This document shows, piece after piece, positions 36,213 through 47,564 of a stretch of DNA of 64,000 bases. The DNA comes from Leptogorgia sarmentosa (taxonomy: Eukaryota): the NCBI GenBank assembly GCA_964658305.1, contig OZ210885.1, positions 23,684,001-23,748,000 of the forward strand, in the 5' to 3' direction. The notes beneath the pieces are model-generated. The model worked only from the letters and a program-made list of their open reading frames with translations. It ran no database searches and was not told where the DNA came from. Each line of letters starts with the position of its first letter. The stretch's first letter is position 1. A program made the translations under genes and the position numbers.

Positions 36213-39200
36213 TTGCGTAATTTCAGAGACGCCGAACCAAGTCGTGGAAAAGAAACCTGCAGAAATTGCGGTGGAACCTACCCGCATATCCGAGTCTGCC
36301 CGGCACGCGGTAAAGACTGCAAATCTTGTGGAAAAGTCGGCCATTTTGCCCGGGTTTGCAGAACCAACCCCCCATCTTCACAGCATGTAAAGAATGTTAC
36401 CCATACCCCTCCTCAGCCTCCCCCTGATTCCGATTCAGAACCTGACTATGTTTTCACAATCGCAAATCTATCTGGACAACCCACAACACCAAAGTGCTAC
36501 GTAAACATTGCAGGGCACAGTGTACCTGTAATGATAAACTCTGGTGCTTCCGTTAACATCCTCGATGACGTCACCTACAACGAGATTACCCACAACAAAG
36601 GAATAAGACTGCAGAAAACAAACCATAAAATTTATTCCTACGGATCATCACGCCCTCTCCCAATAAAAGGAACTATCATAACAAACATTTCCACTGATTC
36701 AAAACACCTTTCTGCTCCATTCCACGTGGTCGGCGGCAACTCTGGAAACCTGCTAAGCTGCACTACAGCCTGCCAACTCGATTTGCTCAAAATTACCATT
36801 AACAACAACACCTACCACTCTTCCTCCACTACAGAGTATCCCCCCGAATTCGAGTGTCTCTTCTCTGGGATCGGGAAGCTAAGGGGTAAAACCGTTAAGC
36901 TGCACATCGATCCTGATGTCTCCCCTAAACAACAACCCCACCGTCGAATTCCGTTCCATGTCCGATCTGATGTTGAGAAAGAGCTTCAACGGCTTGAAGA
37001 TTTAGATATCATCGAAAAGGTAGATGGACCAACACCATGGATTAGTCCCATAGTCGTCGTCCCGAAGAAGTCCGGCGAAGTACGAATATGCATTAATATG
37101 CGCGAGGCTAACCGGGCCGTCAAACGCGAAAAACATTTGATGCCCACGATCGATGACTTAGTAGCTGACCTAAATGGCGCAACCGTGTTCACAACCTTAG
37201 ACCTATCCTCTGGATATCATCAACTCGAGCTTGCCGAAGAGAGCCGGCACATCACCACATTCAGCACACACCTCGGGCTACGCCGGTACAAGCGACTTTT
37301 GTTCGGCATCAATGCTGCCTCAGAAATCTTCCAAAACACCATTGAAGAACTGTTGACTGGCCTACCAGGTTGTAAGAACATATCTGATGATATAATCGTT
37401 TTTGGCAAAGATCAAGCCACTCATGATGCCAACCTTCATCAAGTCCTTGACAGGCTGAAGTCCCACAACCTTCGCTTAAATAAGGCGAAGTGCCACTTCT
37501 CCAAATCCGAAGTTATGTTTTATGGGCACATTTTCAGCGCAGAAGGACTACGCCCTGATCAACGGAAGGTTGAAGCTATCCAGCTTGCCACACCTCCACG
37601 TAATCCAAGCGAAGTTAAATCTCTCCTCGGAATGGCACAATACCTGTCACGCTACATACCGGGTTACGCTAACATCACCGCTCCTTTGCGTGCTTTGACG
37701 AAAGAAGATGTCCCCTGGCAGTGGGAAAAAGCAGAGCAAGCAGCTCTTGACCGCCTTAAGCAAGCTTTAACTGGCAATCAAGTCATGTCATACTTCGATC
37801 CTCATCAAACCACGCAAGTGATCGTCGACGCCAGCCCTGTTGGTCTTGGTGCACTGCTAGTCCAAAACGACAAAGTTATTTGCTATGCCAGTCGCGTCCT
37901 ATCGGATGTTGAAACTAGATACTCTCAGACTGAAAAAGAAATGCTTGCAGTCGTGTGGGCCGTCGAGCACTTCCATCTTTATCTATACGGTGCTCTGTTT
38001 ACCATCCTGACAGATCACCAGCCCCTCCTTGGTATTTTTCGCAGCCATAAGCCCACCTCCGCTCGTATTGATCGTTGGAAGCTCCGCCTAATGCCTTACA
38101 ACTACCACCTTGTTTACCAACCTGGTAAAGATGAGAAAAACCCGGCCGATTTCCTTAGCCGACACCCAAACAGCTCAGAAGCTCAACGGGAATGCGCTGA
38201 TGAAGAATACATCAATTACATATGTGCCAACGCCATACCCACTGCCATGACCCTTCAAGAAATCCAGCTTGAAACATCAGTTGACGAAACAATGCAAATG
38301 GTTATTCAAGCCATAGAAACCAACAATTGGTCCAATGCACCTCTGCCAGAATACAAGAAAGTTAGCGACGAACTGTTAGTACATAAAGGTCTTGTGCTTC
38401 GTGGAAATCGAATTGTCATGCCCACCTCTTTAAGACGCCGGACAGTTAATCTAGCACACATCGGTCATCAAGGAATCGTTAAAACTAAACGTCTACTTCG
38501 TTCCAAAGTCTGGTTTCCTAACATCGACAAGATGGTCGAAGAAACCATTCAGAATTGCCTTCCATGCCAAGCTGCCACTTCCGGTAACCACCCTCCCCCG
38601 GATCCACTACATATGACCCACCTGCCCTCCGCACCCTGGAAAGAGGTCGCCACGGACTTCCTGGGCCCTTTTCCAACAGGAGAATACCTCCTTGTTGTGA
38701 TTGATGAGTTCAGTCGGTTTCCTGAGGTTGAGGTGCTCACTACAGTTTCAGCTAAAGCTGTCCTTCCCAAATTGGACGCAATCTTCTCTCGCCAAGGCAT
38801 TCCAGACGTCCTGAAAAGCGACAACGGTCCACCATTCAACGGTACCGAATTCGAATCCTACGCTAAGCACTGTGGTTTTACACACCGTAAGATCACACCT
38901 TACTGGCCTCAGGCGAATGGAGAGGCGGAGCGTTTTATGCGCACATTACAGAAGTCTATTCGGGCTGCCATTATCGAGAAGAGGAACTGGAAGCAAGCGA
39001 TGAACCAGTTTCTTCTCAACTACAGGGCAACTCCCCATTCCACCACTAGCATATCTCCCTCTGAAAGCCTCAACAGCAGGAAGATCAAGACAATGTTGCC
39101 AGAGATGCCTTCCACTTCAAAGCCTCAACAAAAATCCATGGCTGAACGTGATGCTCAGAAGAAAGACCAAATGAAATCTTGTGCTGACAACAGTCGGGGT

Positions 39201-39347
39201 GCCAAGGAAAATTGCCTCCAACCAGGTGATATTGTCCTTCTGAAACAGCCAAAGAAAAACAAGCTCACCGCTCCATACAATCCAGAATCTTTTGTTGTAG
39301 AAAAAAAGAAAGGAACAATGGTGACTGCCAAGAACAGTTACACGTAA
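36213..39347 (+). CDS. Gypsy zinc knuckle-protease-RT-RNase H-integrase frame (protease DSG changed to NSG)
   Basis: CKSCGKVGHFARVC, LDLSSGYHQ, ISDD, VDAS, TDHQPL, H2C2 finger, SDNGPPF, NGEAER. Confidence 0.93.
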   Translation: MRNFRDAEPSRGKETCRNCGGTYPHIRVCPARGKDCKSCGKVGHFARVCRTNPPSSQHVKNVTHTPPQPPPDSDSEPDYVFTIANLSGQPTTPKCYVNIAGHSVPVMINSGASVNILDDVTYNEITHNKGIRLQKTNHKIYSYGSSRPLPIKGTIITNISTDSKHLSAPFHVVGGNSGNLLSCTTACQLDLLKITINNNTYHSSSTTEYPPEFECLFSGIGKLRGKTVKLHIDPDVSPKQQPHRRIPFHVRSDVEKELQRLEDLDIIEKVDGPTPWISPIVVVPKKSGEVRICINMREANRAVKREKHLMPTIDDLVADLNGATVFTTLDLSSGYHQLELAEESRHITTFSTHLGLRRYKRLLFGINAASEIFQNTIEELLTGLPGCKNISDDIIVFGKDQATHDANLHQVLDRLKSHNLRLNKAKCHFSKSEVMFYGHIFSAEGLRPDQRKVEAIQLATPPRNPSEVKSLLGMAQYLSRYIPGYANITAPLRALTKEDVPWQWEKAEQAALDRLKQALTGNQVMSYFDPHQTTQVIVDASPVGLGALLVQNDKVICYASRVLSDVETRYSQTEKEMLAVVWAVEHFHLYLYGALFTILTDHQPLLGIFRSHKPTSARIDRWKLRLMPYNYHLVYQPGKDEKNPADFLSRHPNSSEAQRECADEEYINYICANAIPTAMTLQEIQLETSVDETMQMVIQAIETNNWSNAPLPEYKKVSDELLVHKGLVLRGNRIVMPTSLRRRTVNLAHIGHQGIVKTKRLLRSKVWFPNIDKMVEETIQNCLPCQAATSGNHPPPDPLHMTHLPSAPWKEVATDFLGPFPTGEYLLVVIDEFSRFPEVEVLTTVSAKAVLPKLDAIFSRQGIPDVLKSDNGPPFNGTEFESYAKHCGFTHRKITPYWPQANGEAERFMRTLQKSIRAAIIEKRNWKQAMNQFLLNYRATPHSTTSISPSESLNSRKIKTMLPEMPSTSKPQQKSMAERDAQKKDQMKSCADNSRGAKENCLQPGDIVLLKQPKKNKLTAPYNPESFVVEKKKGTMVTAKNSYT

Positions 39348-39883
39348 TTCCTCGCAATTCAAAGTAATCTCATCCAAGGCAGCCAAACATGATGACAAGA
39401 AAGTTGAACCAAAGGTTGCACAATCATCCAAGACGGGAGAAGAAAAAGCACCTCAACGAAGACCGAAACGGAATCCAAAGCAACCAGCAAGATTCGCAGA
39501 CTATACATAACCATGAATTAATGTGAATCAAATTTGACATGCAGTTCAGACAGTGTTACTTTGACTATGGCATGTCAGCTAAAGAAACAGTTATCTGGAC
39601 AAGTTAATATTATGTTAGTAGATGGAACTATCATCTAACAAGGAGAGGGATGTAATATAGTTAATTATTATGTTGTTACATAACAGACCGAGTGCGAGGT
39701 CTGGGACGACAAGGACCGAGCGAACAGAGTTTAGTGCATGCTTGCATATATACGCACGAGTTATAATAAAGGGGTTTTTTTAATACAAAAGATATTACAG
39801 GTTCAATTTTGATTTTAAAATACTCCTCAATAACATGAAGAAATATGTCGTACCATTGAAATTCAAATTCGTTTTAATTCAAA

Positions 39884-40658
39884 ATGGCGGGTGCGGTCAT
39901 GTTTAGAATTGCTCTTAAGCTGATCGTGATTTTATGGCTAAAGAAACCGGGATTTACTTCACCAAACTCTGTTTGTTACTCATTTCATGGTGATGAAGCA
40001 GTTGATCTTAACCAGACGCTGGTCTATCAATCGTTATGGTGTTATCAGCAGATGCACTATGTACAAGTTGGTAGGAAAGCGGATTTACAGTTATTGCTCT
40101 TGCTTAGTGGCGATATTGAAATGTGTCCTGGACCAGATAGTGTGGATTGCCTGAGCAGTAATCCGGAGATGGAGTGTTTGATCGAACAGAGAGGTTTGAA
40201 GTGCTTTCATCTAAATGTGCAGGGCTTATGGAACAACCTATGTCATGTTACAGAGCTTCTCGTTGCCTATACAGACATGGATATTTTTACGCTCAGTGAG
40301 ACACATATACAAGACGAACCTGAAGAACTATACGTTATAAGTGGCTATTCATTTATTACTAACTCTCGACGTAATAGTTTAGGAGGCGGTGTTGCGATTT
40401 ATATTTCTGAGCGACTAAATTGGACAAGGAGATATGACTTGGAATCTGGTTTGGAATGTATTTGGCTGGAGATTTTCCCCTGGATATTTTTTCTTAATAT
40501 GTTCCATGTACTGACCTCCAGACAGTTCCTCTTATCTTCATGCAAATTTTAAAGACCTATTCACGACCATGTTGAGCTCCACAACCGCAAATTCAAAGGA
40601 AGTAATTGTGATGGGAGATCTGAATGTAAATTGTCAAAGAAATGAAGATAATAGTGAG
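39884..40658 (+). pseudogene. 5' part of a CR1/L2-type LINE ORF: leader, 2A-like motif, AP endonuclease
   Basis: LLLLSGDIEMCPGP, HLNVQGL, LSETH, GGGVAIYI, then MGDLN in a shifted frame. Confidence 0.85.
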
Positions 40659-41960
40659 TGAACAATCCCAAATATCAGTATTTAATATCAAACATACAAC
40701 GTATTTACAACGTAGTCGAAGTGGTGTTAGCCCTGTGTTTCCACGTTCCTAGTGTTTCCACTTCAGGATATAACATCCCTCCTTTTCTATGCCTTTTGGA
40801 CTTCCCTAACACTACAATATCAACCTGTAAGTTATTACTAGTCTTTAACTGCGTTCGTTAATTGTCTTGATTTTATTTCATCCCCTCTGCTGTTCTTGTT
40901 TCTTCATTTTCCATCGTATTCAAAGTTCTCATCCCTGTATCGCTCAGGCGGTCTTTTGCTTCTCTCTGGTGGGTTGGCCGTCTGCTGATGGCAGGGTCAT
41001 GTCCAATTTCGCTGTTGGATTCGAGGCAGTTACTTTGTCTGGTGTAGGTGTTGCTACGTCCGTGTCCATGATGTCCCAATGCACTTTCTTGAAGAACGTT
41101 ACGTGCCTCGTGATTGTCTTAGTCTCCCCTCGAGCTACCACCAGGCTGCCTTTCCGTTTGATGACCCGCATTATTTCGCTGCTGTATGGTGGGGTATGTT
41201 TCCCCAATTGCTTTTGTTGACACAGTACATTATCTCCAACTTTGATCGTGCTTTTTGCTATCTGCCCGTTGTTTCATGCATTGTTTGCTGGCCATGTCGT
41301 TCTGCCGGACTTCCTTGTCGTATACCAGTATGGTTTTGTTAGTTGGTGTCGGAAGCCTTGTTTTGTATTTCCTACCGTTAAACGGAGTGACGCTGGAGAC
41401 TTCTTGGTCATAGGGTGTGGCGTGGCTCGATATGCGCGGAGAAATCGGTGAAGTTCTTGGCGCCAGTTGAGCTTTTCTTCTTGTGCCGTTTCTATCACTT
41501 TCCCGAGGTTCTTCATAAAGTTTTCTGTGGTGCCATTGGCCCATGGGGTATAAGGAATTTTCTTCTTGTGTTCGAAACCCATGTACTTGGAATATTGCTT
41601 GAATTTTTCACTGTTGTAGTGTGGTCCGTTATCACTGGTAATCACTGTGGGAATACCAAACTGTGATACAATTTTGTCCATTACTGGTATGCAAGCATCC
41701 GCGGACGTTGAGCGAACTATTTCTACTGCTGGATATCTTGAGTATAGGCACTGCACTACTAGGAGGTATTCGCCTGTTGAAAGGGGGCCATGGAGGTCTG
41801 TGGGCAGTGTGTCCCACGGTTCCATCGGAAGTGTGGTAGGTTTTAGTGGTTCCTGTTGGGGTGTTCTCACCATGACCTGCGGTTTCTGTCTTCTTGTCCA
41901 TGCCGCGAAACCATGTCGTCGCTCGTAATAATTGTTTTGTTCTGACGATTTGAGTTTGTA
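40659..41960 (-). mobile_element. Gypsy 3' fragment (integrase, PPT, probable 3' LTR)
   Basis: DLHGP, SDNGP, YRATPH. Minus-strand PPT AAAAGGAGGGA is followed by TGTTAT at 40775; LTR about 40659-40775. Confidence 0.85.
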
Positions 41961-42768
41961 AAATATTGTACCGCACTTCTAGGGTAATACCATGTTTCAC
42001 ATATATACTCCACAGTAATTCTTGATCGTTAATATCTTTCATGAAATAAATAAGAGATATATTTTGTGGTCCGTGTTAGATAGGTCATGTTTTATACAAA
42101 TAGTCGAACTGCTTCCAGTTATCTTTGATTTATTAATTCTGCATCACACACACTCACACAATATATATAAAGTAAATCCGTTCACGTATTGGACACTTTG
42201 ACACTAGCAACTACATATCCCAATGTATCCGTTGCTTCTATATGTATTTTATTTCATAGTTTGTTTTTCATAGCTTTCTTATACAATATTTTCTTACGGC
42301 TTCCTCTCCAAGCGCCTCTGGCCCTGTTGTCTGTTGAAATCTGATCCAACTTGCGTCGCGAAATGTAACTTGACACTCAATATTACACAGGAAGTATTTG
42401 CATAACAAATACGATTTTTTGAGAGTTCTTTTACTTCTAATTTCATGTTGCAAATATGAATACTATCCAGGGGCGGATCTAGGATTTTTCACACGTAAGT
42501 CAAAAAAATTTTCAGAGCCATTAGTGGGCGTGGCATTTCAAATTTTTCGGTGGGCGTGGCTTTGAATTTCATAAAGGCGTGACATTTACGATTTTTTCAA
42601 AGCTTGTCTGCGATCTGTGTCTGCAAATGTATTTTGACTGTTTCGCCCGATTTCAGGGCTCATCAGCATGTCTAGGATACATGTACAATCCTCCATCAAT
42701 TATGGATAACGTACGTGTATGCATCCAGACATGGACAGCCCTTTTCAAGGCCTATAAAGAAGAGCGAA

Positions 42769-43084
42769 CTGGTTTTAAGGCGCCAGATACTCGCCTTCAC
42801 ACCTTTGCCAAATCGGTAAAGGAGTTTGGTTAGAATGGGTGACTGTTTGGGACATTTTTTAGACATGCAACTGCTCAATTTTGCATATCGTCCCAGTGTG
42901 TTCTAACCCTTTACCCCGACCCACGACAGAGCAATCTGGTTTTAAGGCGCCAGATACTCGCCTTCACACCTTTGCCAAATCGGTAAAGGAGTTTGGTTAG
43001 AATGGGTGACTGTTTGGGACATTTTTTAGACATGCAACTGCTCACTTTCACATGTCATCCCAGTCTGTTCTAACCCTTTACCCC
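42769..43084. repeat. Tandem duplication, period 167 bp, in the hAT subterminal region
   Basis: CTGGTTTTAAGGCGCCAGATACTCG... starts at 42769 and again at 42936. Confidence 0.92.
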
Positions 43085-43307
43085 CCACATTTTCACTAAA
43101 ATTTGTGCGTTCACTTGCACACCATTGAAACTTTGTTTGACAACCAAGGTTTTAATGCCTACTATATGAGATGTTCATTTATTCAAGGCTAATATATAAT
43201 TTGCTAATTTAAATGGTATTTTGTGTAAAGAGAAAAGAAAGTGTATGCTAATATGCTATGTACTATTAATTCAAATTATAATATTCAGGTAATCAGGACA
43301 AAAAACT

Positions 43308-44270
43308 TTATGGCACGTTTGGGAATAGAGTAATATTATATTGAAATTCAACTGAATTCAATCTAGTGTTCCCAGTGGAAAACTTGTCAATAACCTTTCC
43401 TATATCAGGGACGATTTCCTGATGAATCTTTATCATAGCCAGACCATTAAGGCGTTCCTCAACATTAGTGGTTCTTTTATAGTCTTTAAGAGTCCTAAGA
43501 GCCGAGATAGATCTCTCGCACTCGCAAGAGGTAATAGGGAGTGTTCCCAAAATACGTAGTATAACTTCAATGTTCTCAAAACTCACAAAGTTGACCGATT
43601 TCAAAGTAGCAATTATGTTAGAAGGACATGGTCCAGTATACGATTTCCAATACGTGTGCCACAACGAGAGCTCGGCATCTAATGCTAAAGGGTTGGGCAA
43701 GTCATCATAGTAAAAAGAAGCAACAGGTTTGAACTCTTCTTTCCAGTCAATACCTTTTCTACTTAAAGATAACATTTTTTCTGGTATAACACATAACCAT
43801 TTATAAACATTGGCACTGTCTAGATCAAATCGTGCCTTTAAGGAGGAATTAAAATGGTCAATAAGTGGTATAGTTATGGTCTGTTTAAAATGTTGAGAAA
43901 CAGATTGGAAAGGGGGATTTGCCCTGGTCGTTTGTCTACCAGCGAGCGTCCTCGACTTAGACTCTTCAACATCAACTTTGCTTGCCAACTGCAAGGCTTC
44001 CTCATACCACATATCATGATATGTGTCAACAGAATTCCTTATTAATATTAATTCATTCTTTAAACTATTTATTAAGTGTGTGCCATCCATTATGTCTATA
44101 CTTTTCCCTTGCAATAACTGTGTCACAGGTAAAGTTTTATCAAAAACATGTCTGGTAATGACTAAAACTACAATAAAATCAAACTTAGCTATACGGTGTA
44201 AATGAGTAAGAGCATCACTAGAAAGGGAAGGGTTGAATCCATCTCGCCGTTTATTAACCATGTCATCAAG
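43308..44270 (-). pseudogene. hAT transposase C-terminal half with dimerisation domain
   Basis: LPITSCECERSISALRTLK..EERLNGLAMIKIH. Confidence 0.9.
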
Positions 44271-47200
44271 AGTGTTGCTTGTGTTGATGTTTCTGGCATG
44301 CATCACATTTCTTAACCATGTTGATGACATCCTTTGTAATTCCAGGCCAGAAGACTGCTGATCTTGCACGAAGGAGACACTTCTCTTGTCCAAGATGCCC
44401 TTCATGGATCGTTTTAAGGGTTTCATCTCTAAGGATAGGTGGCATAATTATGCGTTCTTGCTTCAGGATGAGACCATCTTCAATTGTTAGTTCCTCGCGG
44501 AAATTCCAATAGTCGAGGAGTGATTGGGGGCATTGCTCTCTCGTTGCAGGCCATCCTTGGTAGATTACCTCTCGCTGTTTATTCAGAGTTGGATCTCTTG
44601 CTGTTTCCTCACGGATCTGCTCCAACTTTAGTGGGGAAGCTGGTAGAGTGCTAGTAATCTGGTGGATGTCTAGCTGTGGAAGTTGACTCTTAGTTGATAC
44701 TTTCTGAGGTGAAATTCTAGAGAGAGCATCAGCGATGGGTACTTGTGCGCCTTTTACATACATCACCATGACATCATACTTTAAGGCTCTTAGCACAAAT
44801 CTTTGTAATCTGGCTGGGCAACTGCTTAACTTCTTCTTGAAAATTGCCTCTAAGGGCTTGTGGTCAGTGTGCACAGTACACTTCTTTCCATAGATAAAGT
44901 AATGGAACCGTTCTAGTCCCCAGACGACACCAAGTGCTTCACGTTCAATGTTACTGTACCTTTGTTCAGTTTCTGTGAGGGCCTTAGATGCGTAACACAC
45001 AGGTTGACCATCTTGTACTAGTACAGCACCTATACCTCTAAGGGAAGCATCAGTTTGGATTGTCGTTTCGGCATCAGGGTCAAAGTATCGGAGGACACCA
45101 AGCGACGATACTTCCTTCTTGATTTCATTTAATGCATGGTCATGCTCTGGTCCCCAAGAATATGCAGTGTCCTGTTTGGTTAGATCCCTGAGCGGAGATG
45201 ATAGGGTAGCCAGACGTCCAGAGTATCTTGTTAGGTAGCTCACCAAGCCAAGAAAACTCTGCAAAGTCTTGACATCCTCTGGTGGTTGCATGTCCAGGAT
45301 TGCTGACACTTTCTTGTTGTCAGGCTTAATGCCTTGTCGAGTCCAGGTGTGGCCAAAGAAACTTACTCTCTCACACTTGAAATGTAGCTTGTCTTTGTTG
45401 AACACCACGCCCTTCTCTCGAGCTCTCTCCATGAGTTTGACAAGGTTCCGGTCATGTTCCTCTTCTGAAGAGCCATAAACAAACGTGTCGTCTGCTATGC
45501 CAGTGACACCATTAAGGCCTTGAAATGCTGTGTCGAGTTGCTTCTGAAAAATATCTTGGGAGACAACCAGACCGAAAGGTAGTCGATTGAAGCGGAATCG
45601 GCCAAATGGCGTATTAAAGGTTGTGAGATAGGAACTCTCCTCATCAAGTGGGACATGCCAATATCCCTTCTTAGCATCGACAACAGTGAAAAATTTAGCG
45701 TTATTTAGTTCACTTACAACCTCATCGACAGTCCTGGTGCGATAGTGTTCCCTTTTTATGCACTTATTTAAGTCTCGTGGGTCCAGGCAGACTCTCAGCT
45801 TTGTAATTTCTCCCTTTTCATTGGTGGTCTCACTCAGTACAATGCTGTTAACCCAATCAGTTGGTTTGTCAACAGGTGATATAACACCAAGTTCTAACAT
45901 ATTGTCAATTTCCTGCCTGTAGTGGTCTTTAAGGTGCACTGGGACTTGACGTGGTGGATGAATGATGGGCTCTGCTTCTGGATCCAAGGTGATGTGATAT
46001 GGCTTCATGTCTTCAAATATACCTAGACCCTCAAACCTATCTGGGTACTCTGTTAGGAGCTTCTCTTCAGAAAGGAACAGTCCTAGGTCACGTGACGTTT
46101 CGCAACCTAGCATAGCAGGACCTTCTACTTCTGTGACATTGAATACTATGGGTTTAACTTTGCCTTTATGGTGCATGTATAATTGACAAGTGCCAATGTT
46201 CTCAATCTCATGACCTCCATATGCAGTGATTTTTACTTTGGGCGTACCAAGCATTCTTTGTTTTGGACTGGGAACAATGGATTCATAGACATGCTTTGAT
46301 ATAACATTTACTTCTGCTCCAGTGTCAATTTTACATACAACTGAGGTAGTATTCTTGTGGTATGGCTTTGCAGTTAGGTGTGCTTCAATTAGTACCTTGT
46401 TACTCTGCTGGACATTCAAATTATCAATCTTGATTTGGTCATCACAGGTATCATGATGCTGCTCTGCTATCAAGGTTCCAAGGAAAATGTTTTCATCAAA
46501 ACCAGACTCATGTGATTGGAAGTCACTATCCTTACATTGGAGTGTGTCACAGTTTGCTTTGTTTGTACTAAAACACATGTGTTGATAATGACCCGTTTTC
46601 TTACACCCAAAACATTGGGCCTTGACAGCAAGGCATTGTTGACCTTTAATGTGAGCTACTTTGCCACATCTAGTGCATATGGTAGACTTTTCAACCTTTT
46701 TCTGACTCCTCTGTCTATTAAATGGTTTGGTCTTACCTCGGGTGCTTCTGTCCTTGCCTTTATGTGAGTGCAACGAGTCTAATGAAGCATCACTGGTCAT
46801 CATTTTCATTTGCTGTCTTGTAGCCTCCTCAGTGCGGGCAATTTCTCTTGCCTTCTTTAGGGTAAGTTTGTTCCCTTCAGCGATGCACTTCTTGCAGACG
46901 AGGTCGGAATCAACACCAAATACTAAGGCATCTCGCATCAACTCATCGTGTAGGTTAGTTTGATAACCACTATTCTGGATGAGGAGCTGTGCTTCAGTTA
47001 AAAATTCATCAAGCGATCGGCCATTCTGCTTTAAATTTCTAAGATAGAAGCGGTTGAGAAGGTGGTTTGATTGTGGTTTCACGTGCTCTTCAAATCTTCT
47101 CCAGTATTCGCTCAATTCATCTTGGTCTTCTTCGCTCAAATTCCACGTATTGAATAGATCAAGACCGTAATCTCCGGCCCATAGGAGGACATATCGGGAT

Positions 47201-47340
47201 CTTTGTTTGTTGGTCTGTTCCTTCAGAGGACCATCGAACAATAATTCGCACTTCTGTCTGAAGCGTTTCAGCCGTTGTGCCAAGTCTGGCCCAGGCGTCC
47301 AGTCAATCTTAGGCGGTTCAATACCCGCTAGATCACTCAT
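44266..47340 (-). CDS. Gypsy gag-pol frame, truncated at the start of the integrase
   Basis: CFGCKKTGHYQHMC, IDTGAEVN, DAKKGYW, IADD, TDAS, TDHKPL, H2C2 finger; the integrase core is missing. Confidence 0.93.
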   Translation of the reverse strand: MSDLAGIEPPKIDWTPGPDLAQRLKRFRQKCELLFDGPLKEQTNKQRSRYVLLWAGDYGLDLFNTWNLSEEDQDELSEYWRRFEEHVKPQSNHLLNRFYLRNLKQNGRSLDEFLTEAQLLIQNSGYQTNLHDELMRDALVFGVDSDLVCKKCIAEGNKLTLKKAREIARTEEATRQQMKMMTSDASLDSLHSHKGKDRSTRGKTKPFNRQRSQKKVEKSTICTRCGKVAHIKGQQCLAVKAQCFGCKKTGHYQHMCFSTNKANCDTLQCKDSDFQSHESGFDENIFLGTLIAEQHHDTCDDQIKIDNLNVQQSNKVLIEAHLTAKPYHKNTTSVVCKIDTGAEVNVISKHVYESIVPSPKQRMLGTPKVKITAYGGHEIENIGTCQLYMHHKGKVKPIVFNVTEVEGPAMLGCETSRDLGLFLSEEKLLTEYPDRFEGLGIFEDMKPYHITLDPEAEPIIHPPRQVPVHLKDHYRQEIDNMLELGVISPVDKPTDWVNSIVLSETTNEKGEITKLRVCLDPRDLNKCIKREHYRTRTVDEVVSELNNAKFFTVVDAKKGYWHVPLDEESSYLTTFNTPFGRFRFNRLPFGLVVSQDIFQKQLDTAFQGLNGVTGIADDTFVYGSSEEEHDRNLVKLMERAREKGVVFNKDKLHFKCERVSFFGHTWTRQGIKPDNKKVSAILDMQPPEDVKTLQSFLGLVSYLTRYSGRLATLSSPLRDLTKQDTAYSWGPEHDHALNEIKKEVSSLGVLRYFDPDAETTIQTDASLRGIGAVLVQDGQPVCYASKALTETEQRYSNIEREALGVVWGLERFHYFIYGKKCTVHTDHKPLEAIFKKKLSSCPARLQRFVLRALKYDVMVMYVKGAQVPIADALSRISPQKVSTKSQLPQLDIHQITSTLPASPLKLEQIREETARDPTLNKQREVIYQGWPATREQCPQSLLDYWNFREELTIEDGLILKQERIIMPPILRDETLKTIHEGHLGQEKCLLRARSAVFWPGITKDVINMVKKCDACQKHQHKQHS

Positions 47341-47564
47341 CTATGCCGCAGAACTCAATTGTTCTTTTCTTTAGTTGGTTGGGTTTCTAGACCTTGTGGT
47401 CAATATCCCACTCCTGACACCATGTAAACTCTCACAAGTACATAATAAGAGTTGTTTATTAAGAAGAACTGAATACAAGATGGCGTCTACAGAGTGTACA
47501 TGTAGTATTTATAGCCGAGAGGATTGGGTCTAACAGGAAGTGTGTATGACCCGGAAGTGTGACA
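44270..47564 (-). mobile_element. Gypsy element nested in hAT; 3' end deleted
   Basis: Putative LTR 47423-47564 (TGTCAC...TTTACA on the minus strand); PBS TGGTGTCAGGAGTGGGAT (tRNA-Leu-like) at 47405-47422. Confidence 0.9.

Larger units (their letters stand above)
35330..39799 (+). mobile_element. Full-length Gypsy LTR retrotransposon
   Basis: 149-bp LTRs at 35330-35478 and 39651-39799 (2 mismatches by eye), TSD GGTTC, PBS TGGCGACGAGG at 35481, PPT AAGGAGAGGGA. Confidence 0.98.
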
